Shown: in pieces, positions 10,757 to 20,367 of the stretch | How positions within the stretch are numbered: the first letter of the stretch is position 1 | Layout: each line of letters begins with the position of its first letter | Made by a program: the position numbers and the translations under genes | The notes under the pieces: model-generated | The model's input: the letters and a program-made list of their open reading frames with translations, nothing else | What the model was told of the DNA's origin: nothing | Databases searched by the model: none | Source: an uncultured Alphaproteobacteria bacterium | GTDB lineage: Bacteria > Pseudomonadota > Alphaproteobacteria > Rs-D84 | Direction of reading: 5' to 3' | Assembly (NCBI GenBank): GCA_944389265.1 | Contig: CALXLS010000001.1 | Location: 151,419-215,418 of the forward strand | DNA: 64,000 bases

Positions 10757-10820
10757 AATTTAGCACGCCATTTTATGGTTGTCAATGACAATTTATAATT
10801 ATTTTATGGGATTTTATGGT
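10757..10820 (-). promoter_or_regulatory. mraZ promoter with putative MraZ-binding direct repeats
   Basis: Minus-strand TTGACA(10785-10780)-N17-TAAATT. ATTTTATGG(G/T) repeats at 10770, 10801 and 10811. Confidence 0.55.
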
Positions 10821-11084
10821 TTTACAAATAAAATTTAACTTTTTTTAAATAAATTTAAAATAAATACATTTTCCTCTTGACCTGCGATTCGTTTTTGTTC
10901 TAAGATTTAGGTATAGACAAGGAGAAAAGAATATTTTTTCTTAGAAAACCGCTAAAAACCTGGATTTCTGCGAAAAAATAAATCAAAAAAAATAAAAGTT
11001 TTACTTATTTTTGTAAATACACTATGTATATACAATATAAATAAAAATTTTTTTAACAAAGACCCAGAAAGGAGGGAACCGCGC

Positions 11085-11420
11085 ATGTCAAAAAACATTA
11101 AAGAAATCATGATTGCTCTGAATCAAGTTTTAACAACAACAGTTTGGGTCAACGAAGACCGTCAAATAATTTCATTGGCAGATGAACTACAAATAGGCAA
11201 AAATAACGCACCACGTTCTATTGAAGATTTGCCACGCACTTCTTTGGTCGGTGCTTATGTATCATTACAAATTCGCACAGATAATTTTGATGTCGCTGCA
11301 GAAAGTTTGGAAACAAAAACTTTGGCACTGCGCGTAAAAGAAATGGTCTTTGCAGAGGCAAAAAAGATTATGGACGCAGCAGACAAAGAATCTGCACAAA
11401 AAATTGCAAAAGCTGCCTGA
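11085..11420 (+). CDS. Hypothetical protein (111 aa) ending in AKAA
   Basis: Strong GAAAGGAGG RBS, plausible codon usage and a downstream hairpin; no family recognised. Confidence 0.75.
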   Translation: MSKNIKEIMIALNQVLTTTVWVNEDRQIISLADELQIGKNNAPRSIEDLPRTSLVGAYVSLQIRTDNFDVAAESLETKTLALRVKEMVFAEAKKIMDAADKESAQKIAKAA

Positions 11421-11530
11421 TTCCCGCATAAGCGCGGTAGAAAACAGAGCATGCACAAAGTTTCTGGGAAACCAGAAGGAAGGGAGCAGCCGTCGACAAG
11501 CAATTGTCGACGGTTCTGTTTTTACATATA

Positions 11531-14254
11531 TTAAAAACGTACGCTGCCTTTTATCATCCCTGTATAATTACTATACCCATCCCTAAATTTAAAATCGGCC
11601 CCTATTGATAAATTATATAAACTTCCGAACCCCATTTTTAGTTTTATACCTGCCGTCATCTGCCATCTGGGCAACCGTTCAGAAGAAATAGAATATTTAT
11701 TTCCACCTATTTCAACAATTAAATCATCCATATCTGCATGCCAATCATAAGCCCCACCAAATTCTATTTCAGGCGTCAAACTAAAACCATTAGAATACAA
11801 CATTTCATATTCCGCAGAAAGTTTTGCATACGACGTTACGAAATTTAAATCCACAGAAGACAATTCTTGCCCTGCTGTATCCGAAGAATTATTCCTATGC
11901 ATAAACGTATATCTTACACCAATATTCGGAATAAAAAGCATATCATAAACAGGTACTTCATAACCAACATCAGACTGAACACTTGTTGTATAAACATTTA
12001 TATCATCGTATAACTGAAAACCTGCGACATTTTTAGTTTCACTTAAATCACTATAGAAAAAACTTGCAGAATTATTCCAAATAAAACGCCCGTTATTATA
12101 TTTAGTATATATACCACCACCATTAGTCGGTGCATGTATAGTTCTTGCCCAACTTTTCAATCTGTCATACTGATATGTGTATGCCACACCCAATATCCAA
12201 TCGCTTATTTCTATCTCTGCCCCCAATCCCAAACCATAACCGTATATATCAAAGTTTGCATAATTATCGCTTTCTTTTAATCTTCCGCCACCACCCGACG
12301 CAGCACCCCACAATCTTCCTTTACCTAATCGTGTTTCGTGGCGCGAATCTATAGAAAGCAAATTATCAAATTTATCAACATAAGACGCACCTAATATTTG
12401 CATTAATGGGGCTGGCGTGGGCGCCAAGGCAGTTAATGCTTTTATATAACCGACTGCATTTGTTTGAACTAACTCATCAAGAAGTTCATAAACCTGATAC
12501 GATACCTCTCCTTGACCTGCAGGTAAATTTTGCCAACTAATCGCGGTATTTTCGTTATTTATAGAACCACCAGATGTTCTTATCACATCAAGAAACGTAC
12601 TTTCTTGCAGTACTTCATACCAACCGTTTCCTAGTTTTATAAAAGCATAAATATTATTATCTATATCAGGCAGAAAATTATCTGATATCTCCGCAGAACT
12701 ACGTAGCAACTGCACTTGCAAATTTTGCCTGCCTTGCATTGCATCTGTTCCTAAAACAGCGCTTAACGAGGCACCATCAGATATTGTAAATGTATCTGCT
12801 GTTAAATACCCGTAATTATCTGCATCTTGAATATTTAATTTTAATGTAGATTCAGAACTAAATGTTGCAGTATTTACTGTGGTATTCGTAGTTCCTAAAT
12901 CTAAAACCCCACCTGTTACCTGCAAATCGGTTGCCCAAAAAAATTTACCGCTATCACTAACCAGAACTGTTCCTGATGCTATTGTTACATCACCGCTAAA
13001 ACCACTCATATCTTCATTAAGCAATACTGTTCCACCAGTCGGCATAACACTTTCTTCCAACGTATATGGATTATTTATTACTATTGAACCAGAACCCGTT
13101 ATCTTGTCATTGAAAACAATCTGATAATCTGTTGCCGCATTTAAACCTAACATTTCTGAAGTATATATCGCATTAGACTCGCCAGAAGAAGTATTACCTG
13201 AAAATTCCATATCCGAATTCTGTGCAATTAAAAACAATGCATTTAAATTAAAAATTGCACCACCACCATCTGTGGCACTATTATTTGTAAAACTACTATC
13301 TATTATATACGCATCGTCCCAGTTATAAAGCGCCCCACCATATGTTGCGCTATTACCCGTAAATGTAGAATCTTTTACAACAGTATATAAACCATCCCCA
13401 ACAATTCCATAAACACCTATTGCACCTCCTACTTCACCTTTATTATTTTCAAATGTACCGCCATTAATATTCATCATACCTGTTGTATAAACTGCACCTA
13501 CGCTTTCTGTACCTATGTTATCTATGAAAGACACATTATTCATTGTGACTGTATTTGAATTATATATAGCCGCACCGCTTGCCGCAGTATTAGAACTAAA
13601 AACACTATCCGCAACTGTTAAATTCCCATCATTGAATACTACCCCACCATAATTACTTGCAGAATTTTCTTGAAAATAACTCCCATCTATATTTGCTGTC
13701 GTTCTGTACTGATTATAAATTACACCGCCATTACTACGCGTCACACTGTTATTCTGAAATGCGCTATTCGATATATTTAAATTACCGCTGTTAGTCTGAT
13801 AAACTACCCCACCACCATATCGCGAAGAATTATTACTAAATGCCGAATTTTCTATTGTTAAATCACCCCCTGCATTTGAAAACACTGCCCCCTGCCCCGA
13901 CTGATAAAAACCATTAATAGAATTCTCTATCGTTGCACTTTGCCCAGACACACTAAAACTACCACCATTTGCAAAAGATATACTGCTTCCACCTGAAACA
14001 GTAAAACCATTGTAATTATCCCCTATAAAATTATACCCACCTCCATCAATATTTGTAATCACGCTTCCTGCCACACCAACCAAACGATTTGCAGTTATGT
14101 CTGCCGTTATCGTTATATCATTTTGCGCAGTATTTGTTTTGTAAGCATTATAAAAAGAACTAAAATCCCCAACATCTGCCCCATATGCATAAACACCATA
14201 AAAAGCAATTACACAAAAAGGAATTTTTCTAATAAAAAACATTTTTCTCTCCAT
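11531..14254 (-). CDS. Autotransporter with Pmp-like GGA(I/L/V)/FxxN passenger repeats
   Basis: Signal peptide, repeated FxxN...GG(A/V)(I/V) units, and a C-terminal beta-barrel-like region ending in ...GSVRF. Confidence 0.85.
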   Translation of the reverse strand: MERKMFFIRKIPFCVIAFYGVYAYGADVGDFSSFYNAYKTNTAQNDITITADITANRLVGVAGSVITNIDGGGYNFIGDNYNGFTVSGGSSISFANGGSFSVSGQSATIENSINGFYQSGQGAVFSNAGGDLTIENSAFSNNSSRYGGGVVYQTNSGNLNISNSAFQNNSVTRSNGGVIYNQYRTTANIDGSYFQENSASNYGGVVFNDGNLTVADSVFSSNTAASGAAIYNSNTVTMNNVSFIDNIGTESVGAVYTTGMMNINGGTFENNKGEVGGAIGVYGIVGDGLYTVVKDSTFTGNSATYGGALYNWDDAYIIDSSFTNNSATDGGGAIFNLNALFLIAQNSDMEFSGNTSSGESNAIYTSEMLGLNAATDYQIVFNDKITGSGSIVINNPYTLEESVMPTGGTVLLNEDMSGFSGDVTIASGTVLVSDSGKFFWATDLQVTGGVLDLGTTNTTVNTATFSSESTLKLNIQDADNYGYLTADTFTISDGASLSAVLGTDAMQGRQNLQVQLLRSSAEISDNFLPDIDNNIYAFIKLGNGWYEVLQESTFLDVIRTSGGSINNENTAISWQNLPAGQGEVSYQVYELLDELVQTNAVGYIKALTALAPTPAPLMQILGASYVDKFDNLLSIDSRHETRLGKGRLWGAASGGGGRLKESDNYANFDIYGYGLGLGAEIEISDWILGVAYTYQYDRLKSWARTIHAPTNGGGIYTKYNNGRFIWNNSASFFYSDLSETKNVAGFQLYDDINVYTTSVQSDVGYEVPVYDMLFIPNIGVRYTFMHRNNSSDTAGQELSSVDLNFVTSYAKLSAEYEMLYSNGFSLTPEIEFGGAYDWHADMDDLIVEIGGNKYSISSERLPRWQMTAGIKLKMGFGSLYNLSIGADFKFRDGYSNYTGMIKGSVRF

Positions 14255-14349
14255 TGAAATACAATAAAAAAATCGCTTAAAAAGCGATTAATATCAATAT
14301 TCATCTATTCCCATTTATATAATTAAAAACGCCCACAAGGGGCGCTTAT

Positions 14350-15423
14350 TTATTCTGCTTCTTTCTGAGTCAATATTTCTTCACGTATATTCGCAACAGA
14401 ATGCGCACGTGCTTTAATTAAATCGTTCAAATTAGCACCTGTTAAATCTGCTGCATATTTAATAGAATTTGCAAATGCCAGCGCATCACTGTTTCCATGC
14501 GTTTTTACAGAGAATCCATTTAAGCCTAAGAAAGTCGCACCCGCATAAGAACGTGGGTCAATCTTATTTTTTAAACGCTTAAATACATGAACTAAAAAGA
14601 ACGCACCAATAATTGCTAAAATAGATTTCTTTAAGTTATCCACTAATACTCGTTTTATCAATTTAGCGGTACCTTCTACTGTCTTTAAAACGATATTACC
14701 AGTAAAACCGTCCGTCACAACAACTTGAACATTACCACCACCGATATCATTACCTTCTACGAATCCAATATATTCGTATGGCAATTCGTCTTTATGGGCA
14801 CTTAATAACTTATTTAATTTCTGCAGTGTTTCATTACCCTTGGTATCTTCTTCACCAATATTTAAAACCCCAACTTTTGGTCTTGGCATTTTACCGATAA
14901 CTTCCGCATAAACACTGCCCAGAACCGCAAAATCAAACAAATTACCTTCATCACATTGAACGTTAGCACCAAGATCCAAAACAACCACACGAGAATCCCC
15001 ACCACCAGACGGCAACATAGTTGTAATCGCAGGTCTGGAAATCCCGTCAATCGTCTTTAAAGCTAACTTTGATAAGGACATCAATATTCCGGTATTACCT
15101 GCACTTACAACCGCTGCAGATTTACCTTCACGAACATCTTTAATCGCCATATACATAGACGTATCTTGAGCATGACGAATAACATCACGGACTTTATCGG
15201 TTCCTTTTATTGCATTTGGTGCATGAATTACCTCGCAATTACGGGCAACACGAGGATATTTTGCCATTAGCTTTTGCAATACTTTTTCGTTACCAAACAC
15301 TCGGAAAAATACTTTATCTTCACCGTTCTGATACAAGAACTGATTCATGCCACCAAGAACAGCATTAGGCCCCTTGTCCCCACCCATGGCATCAATAGCA
15401 ATAATTTTCTTTTCTGTAGACAT
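14350..15423 (-). CDS. plsX: Phosphate acyltransferase
   Basis: IAIDAMGGD, SAGNTG, LDLGAN, LNIGEE, VTDGFTGN and KTHG motifs. Confidence 0.95.
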   Translation of the reverse strand: MSTEKKIIAIDAMGGDKGPNAVLGGMNQFLYQNGEDKVFFRVFGNEKVLQKLMAKYPRVARNCEVIHAPNAIKGTDKVRDVIRHAQDTSMYMAIKDVREGKSAAVVSAGNTGILMSLSKLALKTIDGISRPAITTMLPSGGGDSRVVVLDLGANVQCDEGNLFDFAVLGSVYAEVIGKMPRPKVGVLNIGEEDTKGNETLQKLNKLLSAHKDELPYEYIGFVEGNDIGGGNVQVVVTDGFTGNIVLKTVEGTAKLIKRVLVDNLKKSILAIIGAFFLVHVFKRLKNKIDPRSYAGATFLGLNGFSVKTHGNSDALAFANSIKYAADLTGANLNDLIKARAHSVANIREEILTQKEAE

Positions 15424-15488
15424 AGTACATTAAAAAGGCAGAAAGGCACATATCGCGCACCAATCTGCCTTCATATCTTTTTTATAAA

Positions 15489-15638
15489 TTATTTCGCACC
15501 ACATGCAGGGCATACATGATGTGGGCGTTTCTTTTCACCACAAGTTTTACATACGCTGCATGGCATTATTGACAATGCATCATGAGAACGACGCTGTGCT
15601 GAACGTGCTTTACTTGTTTTACTTTTTGGCGTTGCCAT
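15489..15638 (-). CDS. rpmF: 50S ribosomal protein L32 (missing from the ORF track)
   Basis: Hand translation MATPKSKTSKARSAQRRSHDALSIMPCSVCKTCGEKKRPHHVCPACGAK; upstream of plsX. Confidence 0.93.
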   Translation of the reverse strand: MATPKSKTSKARSAQRRSHDALSIMPCSVCKTCGEKKRPHHVCPACGAK

Positions 15639-15702
15639 TTTGTTATCCTTTTATTTACAGTTTGTTATTTTATTAAAATCTTGCGCTTTTGCAAGGAAAA
15701 CT

Positions 15703-16101
15703 TTAATCAGATATAACTTGAGCCACAAACATACCATGATTATGCATCAAACCTATTACTGCACTATGGTCGTCCAGCCCCATATAAAACTTATACCCTT
15801 GTTTTTCCAATGCTATTATCGTTGCCAGTTTGTATTCCGCCGTTGTGCCAGGATAATCATGCGGTTTACAGAATATCCGCTTTTTTATATTAGGAAGCAG
15901 ACTATTTATATGCGCCTCTACATTCTGTTGCCCCATAGCCCAACGACCAGTTATAAAAACGATTGTGAAATCCTGCCCTAATGTTTCCAGAACCCTTATC
16001 ATATTTTCATTCGGTTCACCGAAACGGTCATAGTTAGCAATTGCAAACTTCTTGTTTACAACGCCATCTATATCACAAAATATTGCAGGGATTTCTTTCA
16101 T
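15703..16101 (-). CDS. Small HAD-superfamily phosphatase (PNKP phosphatase-like)
   Basis: FCDIDG (motif I), ITGR (motif II), K (motif III) and GLDD (motif IV). Confidence 0.7.
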   Translation of the reverse strand: MKEIPAIFCDIDGVVNKKFAIANYDRFGEPNENMIRVLETLGQDFTIVFITGRWAMGQQNVEAHINSLLPNIKKRIFCKPHDYPGTTAEYKLATIIALEKQGYKFYMGLDDHSAVIGLMHNHGMFVAQVISD

Positions 16102-16174
16102 TTTCTTTAACCCATAACGCCCGACATACTTTACGAACAAAGCATGCCGAGCGTTTATGTTTCAACCTTCTCGA

Positions 16175-19100
16175 TTAGATATCCAACAACTGCTGTTGTG
16201 TACCACCTTCACGAGCAAGTTTTTCTGCTTTTTCTTCCGCTTTCGCAATTTCACGAACACGACGTACATACGCACCTGTTCCAATTGGTATCAAACGACC
16301 AACAATCAAGTTTTCATTAATACCAACCAATTTATCTGTCGCACCGCTAATCGCTGCATCAACCAATACTTTTGTTGTCTGCTGGAACGAAGCATTAGAT
16401 ATAAATGAACGACTTGTCAAAGATGCACGTGTCAACCCAACCAAAACTTGTGACGCTTCTGCTGGTTTACCACCATCATGAACAACACGATCATTTTCTT
16501 CTTCGAAATCAACACGGTCAACAACCTGCCCCATCAAGAACCCTGTATCACCTGGATTCGTGATTTCTACACGACGAGTCATTTCACGTATCAAAATTTC
16601 AATATGCTTATCGTTAATTACCACACCCTGCAGACGGTAAACTTGCTGTATCTGTTCTACCATAAAGGTCGCCAAAGCTTTCTGACCCAAAATACGTAAA
16701 ATATCTTGTGGTACAGGATCACCATCAACCAACTTGTCTGCCTTTCTTACAACGTCACCGCTGCGAACCAACAAGTTCGTACCTTTTGGTACTGCATATT
16801 CTACTGGCGCAGTTCCGTTATCTGGTACAATGCGGATAATTATCTTTGACTTCGCATCTTCTAATTCAATCGTGCCATCTATTTCAGCCAACAATGCCGG
16901 ATTTGCAGGACGGCGAACTTCTAACAATTCGTTTACTCGTGGCAAACCACCAGTAATATCGCTTGTACGTTTAGACTGAACTGGAATTCTTGCTAAAACA
17001 TCCCCCGCTGCAACTGTTGCACCGTTTGCTACGTTCAAGATAGAATACATAGGTAATAAGTATTCAGCAATCTTCTTACCACCCAAAGATAATATTTCAC
17101 CCTTTTCATTTACCAATGTAATCGCAGGGTTCAATGCTTTCTTTGTATTCGCCTTCCAGTTAATTACTTTACGTGAAACGATACCTGTCATAGAATCAAC
17201 TTCTTCCTGATAAGATACGTTTTCAATCAAGTCATTAAACTGAACAATACCGTCTTTTTCGGCGATGATTGTATTTGAATATGGGTCCCATTCAGCAACT
17301 TTCGCGCCTTTTTCTACCTTGTCACCATCGTTTACAATTAACATTGATGCATATGGCAAACTGCTTGTAAATAATGTTTCGCCCTTGTCATCAACAACTG
17401 ATAATTCACCATTTCTTGATAATACTACGATACGACCAGCAGAATTCTTAATTGTATTCACACCAGACAATTTTATAGTACCGGAAACAGGAACTTCGAT
17501 AAAGTGACTTTCTGCACCACCTGCTGCAACACCACCAATGTGGAAGGTACGCAACGTTAACTGAGTACCAGGTTCACCAATGGACTGACCAGCAATAACA
17601 CCAACTGCTTCACCAACATGAACCAGCGCATTACGTGACAAATCCATACCATAACATTTTGCACACAAACCGTCACTGCAACATGTCAGAACACTACGAA
17701 CATCAACACTTGGCAAGCCAGATTCATTTATCTTCTTTGCCGCTGTCTTTGTGATTAATTCGCCTTCTGGTACAATGACTTCTTTTGTTATAGGATGAAC
17801 AATATCATGTGCTGCTGTACGTCCCAAAACTACATCACCCAAAGCAACCGATAATGTGCTGCCTTGATATACAGGTTTTGCAGTTATATATTCTTTCGTA
17901 CCGCAATCATGTTCTGTAATAACAGTGTTCTGAGCCAATTCAACCAAACGACGTGTCAAATAACCAGCGTCAGCCGTCTTCAAAGCGGTATCTGACATAC
18001 CTTTACGAGCACCGTGAGTAGACGTAAAGTATTCTGCCATAGTCAAACCTTCCTTAAAGTTCGAAATAATAGGAACTTCAATAATGGAACCGTCTGGCTT
18101 CTGCATCATACCACGCATACCTGCCAACTGCTGAATCTGACGTTTGGAACCACGTGCACCAGATAAAGCCATCATCAATACGGAATTCCAATTGTCACCT
18201 GTTGTTTTACCCAAAGCAGCGTAAGCCAAGTCACCCAACTTATCGGTTGTTTTCTGCCACAAGTCAATCAACTTGTTATGTCTTTCACCACCAGATAACA
18301 AACCGTTTTGGTACTGTTCTTCAATTTCTTCTGCTGCTTTTTCAGCTTCTTCTATCATTTCTTTCTTTTCTTCTGGAATGACAATGTCATCGAAACCGAT
18401 AGAAATACCACTTCGTGCAGCCTGTTCAAAACCTGTGTTCTTCAAAGCGTCTGCTAATAAAATTGTCGCCTTATCACCGCAACGTTCATATGTTGTTGCA
18501 AGTAATGCTTTGATTTCTTTTACAGGCATAACTTTGTTTACCAAATCGAAAGGCATATTTTCAGACTTTGGCAACAATTCACCCAAAATCATACGCCCTG
18601 CTGTTGTCTTGTATGTTTTACCGTTAATACGAGCAATAATAGGTGTATGTAAAGTGATTGTCTTATTTTCCAAAGCCAACTGTACTTCATCCATATTTGC
18701 AAAACGTGGTGATTTTTCTGTGTGTTCCCCATTAATCAAAGAAATGTAGTAAACACCCAAAACCATGTCTTGTGATGGAACAATCATAGGTTCACCGTTT
18801 GCAGGTGATAAAACGTTATTAGAAGACAACATCAATGTACGTGCTTCCAACTGCGCTTCCAATGAGATAGGAACGTGAACAGACATCTGGTCACCATCGA
18901 AGTCAGCATTAAAGCCTTTACATACCAACGGATGTAAACGAATTGCCTTACCTTCAATCAAAACTGGTTCGAATGCCAACAAAGACAATCTATGCAATGT
19001 AGGCGCACGGTTTAACAATACTGGATGCTGGTAAATAACTTTTTCCAAGATTTCCCAAACAATATCTTCCCCGTTTTCTACCATCTTGCGTGCGGTCTTT

Positions 19101-20284
19101 AATGTATTAGCATAATCACCCGCCAACAATCTTGCATAAACGAATGGTTTGAACAATTCCAATGCCATTGTCTTTGGTAAACCAACCTGATGTAATTTCA
19201 AAGATGGTCCAGACACAATTACAGAACGCCCAGAGTAATCAACACGTTTACCCAACATGTTCATACGGAAACGACCTGATTTTCCACGCAAAGAATCAGA
19301 CAAAGACTTTAATGGACGACGGTTTTGTGAAACCATTGGGCGTGCTTTATGCCCGTTATCGAACAAAGAATCTACTGCTTCTTGCAACATACGCTTTTCA
19401 TTGCGAACAATGATTTCAGGCGCATGCATTTCCATAAATCTTTTCAAACGATTATTACGGATAATTACACGACGATATAAATCATTCAAATCAGACGCTG
19501 CAACATGCCCCGCATCCAATGTGACCAAAGGACGCATATCAGGTGGTATTACTGGAATAACATCTGGCAACATCCATGCTGGGTCCGTCTTAGAATCCAA
19601 AAATGCTTCAACCAGTTTCAACTGTTTGACTAACGCTTTGCGTTTCGCTTCAGATTTAGTTTCTGCTAATTCTGCACGTAAACGAGTACGTTCATCACCC
19701 ATATCTAATTCTGAAATAATTTTTCTGATGCCTTCTGCACCGATACCTACATGAAATGCATCTGCACCGAATTCTTCAACGGCATTTTGATATTCATCTT
19801 CACTTATAACATCGTATTGTTTCAAGTTTGTTAAACCTGGTTCAATAACGATATAAGCATCATAAGAAATAACCTGTTCCAATTTCTTCTGAGGCAAGTT
19901 ATTCAATAATGTTGCAATTTTACCTTCACGCAAAAACCATGTATGCGCAACAGGCATAGCCAACTTAATATGCCCCATACGTTCACGACGAACAGTAGAA
20001 GAACCGACTTCTACACCGCAACGTTCACAAACAACGCCACGGAACTTAATTCTTTTATACTTACCACAAGCACATTCATAATCTTTGACAGGTCCAAAGA
20101 TTTGCTGACAGAACAATCCCTCTGGTTCCGGTTTCAAAGAGTGGTAATTTATAGTTTCTGGCTTTTTTACTTCGCCATGTGACCAAGACAGTATTTCTTC
20201 TGGTGACGCAATGGTGATGCGCAACGCGTCAAACTGTTCCTTGGTTTCAATTTGTCCAAATATCTTCTGCAACATATTGGTCAT
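16175..20284 (-). CDS. rpoC: RNA polymerase beta' subunit
   Basis: NADFDGD, GKRVDYSGRS and the N-terminal Zn finger. Confidence 0.99.
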   Translation of the reverse strand: MTNMLQKIFGQIETKEQFDALRITIASPEEILSWSHGEVKKPETINYHSLKPEPEGLFCQQIFGPVKDYECACGKYKRIKFRGVVCERCGVEVGSSTVRRERMGHIKLAMPVAHTWFLREGKIATLLNNLPQKKLEQVISYDAYIVIEPGLTNLKQYDVISEDEYQNAVEEFGADAFHVGIGAEGIRKIISELDMGDERTRLRAELAETKSEAKRKALVKQLKLVEAFLDSKTDPAWMLPDVIPVIPPDMRPLVTLDAGHVAASDLNDLYRRVIIRNNRLKRFMEMHAPEIIVRNEKRMLQEAVDSLFDNGHKARPMVSQNRRPLKSLSDSLRGKSGRFRMNMLGKRVDYSGRSVIVSGPSLKLHQVGLPKTMALELFKPFVYARLLAGDYANTLKTARKMVENGEDIVWEILEKVIYQHPVLLNRAPTLHRLSLLAFEPVLIEGKAIRLHPLVCKGFNADFDGDQMSVHVPISLEAQLEARTLMLSSNNVLSPANGEPMIVPSQDMVLGVYYISLINGEHTEKSPRFANMDEVQLALENKTITLHTPIIARINGKTYKTTAGRMILGELLPKSENMPFDLVNKVMPVKEIKALLATTYERCGDKATILLADALKNTGFEQAARSGISIGFDDIVIPEEKKEMIEEAEKAAEEIEEQYQNGLLSGGERHNKLIDLWQKTTDKLGDLAYAALGKTTGDNWNSVLMMALSGARGSKRQIQQLAGMRGMMQKPDGSIIEVPIISNFKEGLTMAEYFTSTHGARKGMSDTALKTADAGYLTRRLVELAQNTVITEHDCGTKEYITAKPVYQGSTLSVALGDVVLGRTAAHDIVHPITKEVIVPEGELITKTAAKKINESGLPSVDVRSVLTCCSDGLCAKCYGMDLSRNALVHVGEAVGVIAGQSIGEPGTQLTLRTFHIGGVAAGGAESHFIEVPVSGTIKLSGVNTIKNSAGRIVVLSRNGELSVVDDKGETLFTSSLPYASMLIVNDGDKVEKGAKVAEWDPYSNTIIAEKDGIVQFNDLIENVSYQEEVDSMTGIVSRKVINWKANTKKALNPAITLVNEKGEILSLGGKKIAEYLLPMYSILNVANGATVAAGDVLARIPVQSKRTSDITGGLPRVNELLEVRRPANPALLAEIDGTIELEDAKSKIIIRIVPDNGTAPVEYAVPKGTNLLVRSGDVVRKADKLVDGDPVPQDILRILGQKALATFMVEQIQQVYRLQGVVINDKHIEILIREMTRRVEITNPGDTGFLMGQVVDRVDFEEENDRVVHDGGKPAEASQVLVGLTRASLTSRSFISNASFQQTTKVLVDAAISGATDKLVGINENLIVGRLIPIGTGAYVRRVREIAKAEEKAEKLAREGGTQQQLLDI

Positions 20285-20367
20285 GTATTTTGCTCCTTTC
20301 AGTCGCTAAAAGTACCACGTGGCTGGCGGCATTACCCAACTGGGTAATGATGCACAGCCGCCGCCAC

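Noticed and set aside
10792-11084. RNase P RNA or CtrA boxes upstream of mraZ
   Set aside because: No GAGGAAAGTCC-type rnpB motif seen; the TTAA repeats at 10835/10845/10855 are spaced N6 rather than N7 and lie in very AT-rich DNA.
11470-11492. GAAGGAAGGGAGCAGC as SRP RNA (ffs) helix 8
   Set aside because: Lacks the paired CAGG-stem-GNRA-stem-AGCAG geometry and the long enclosing hairpin; kept only as an unnamed structured RNA candidate.
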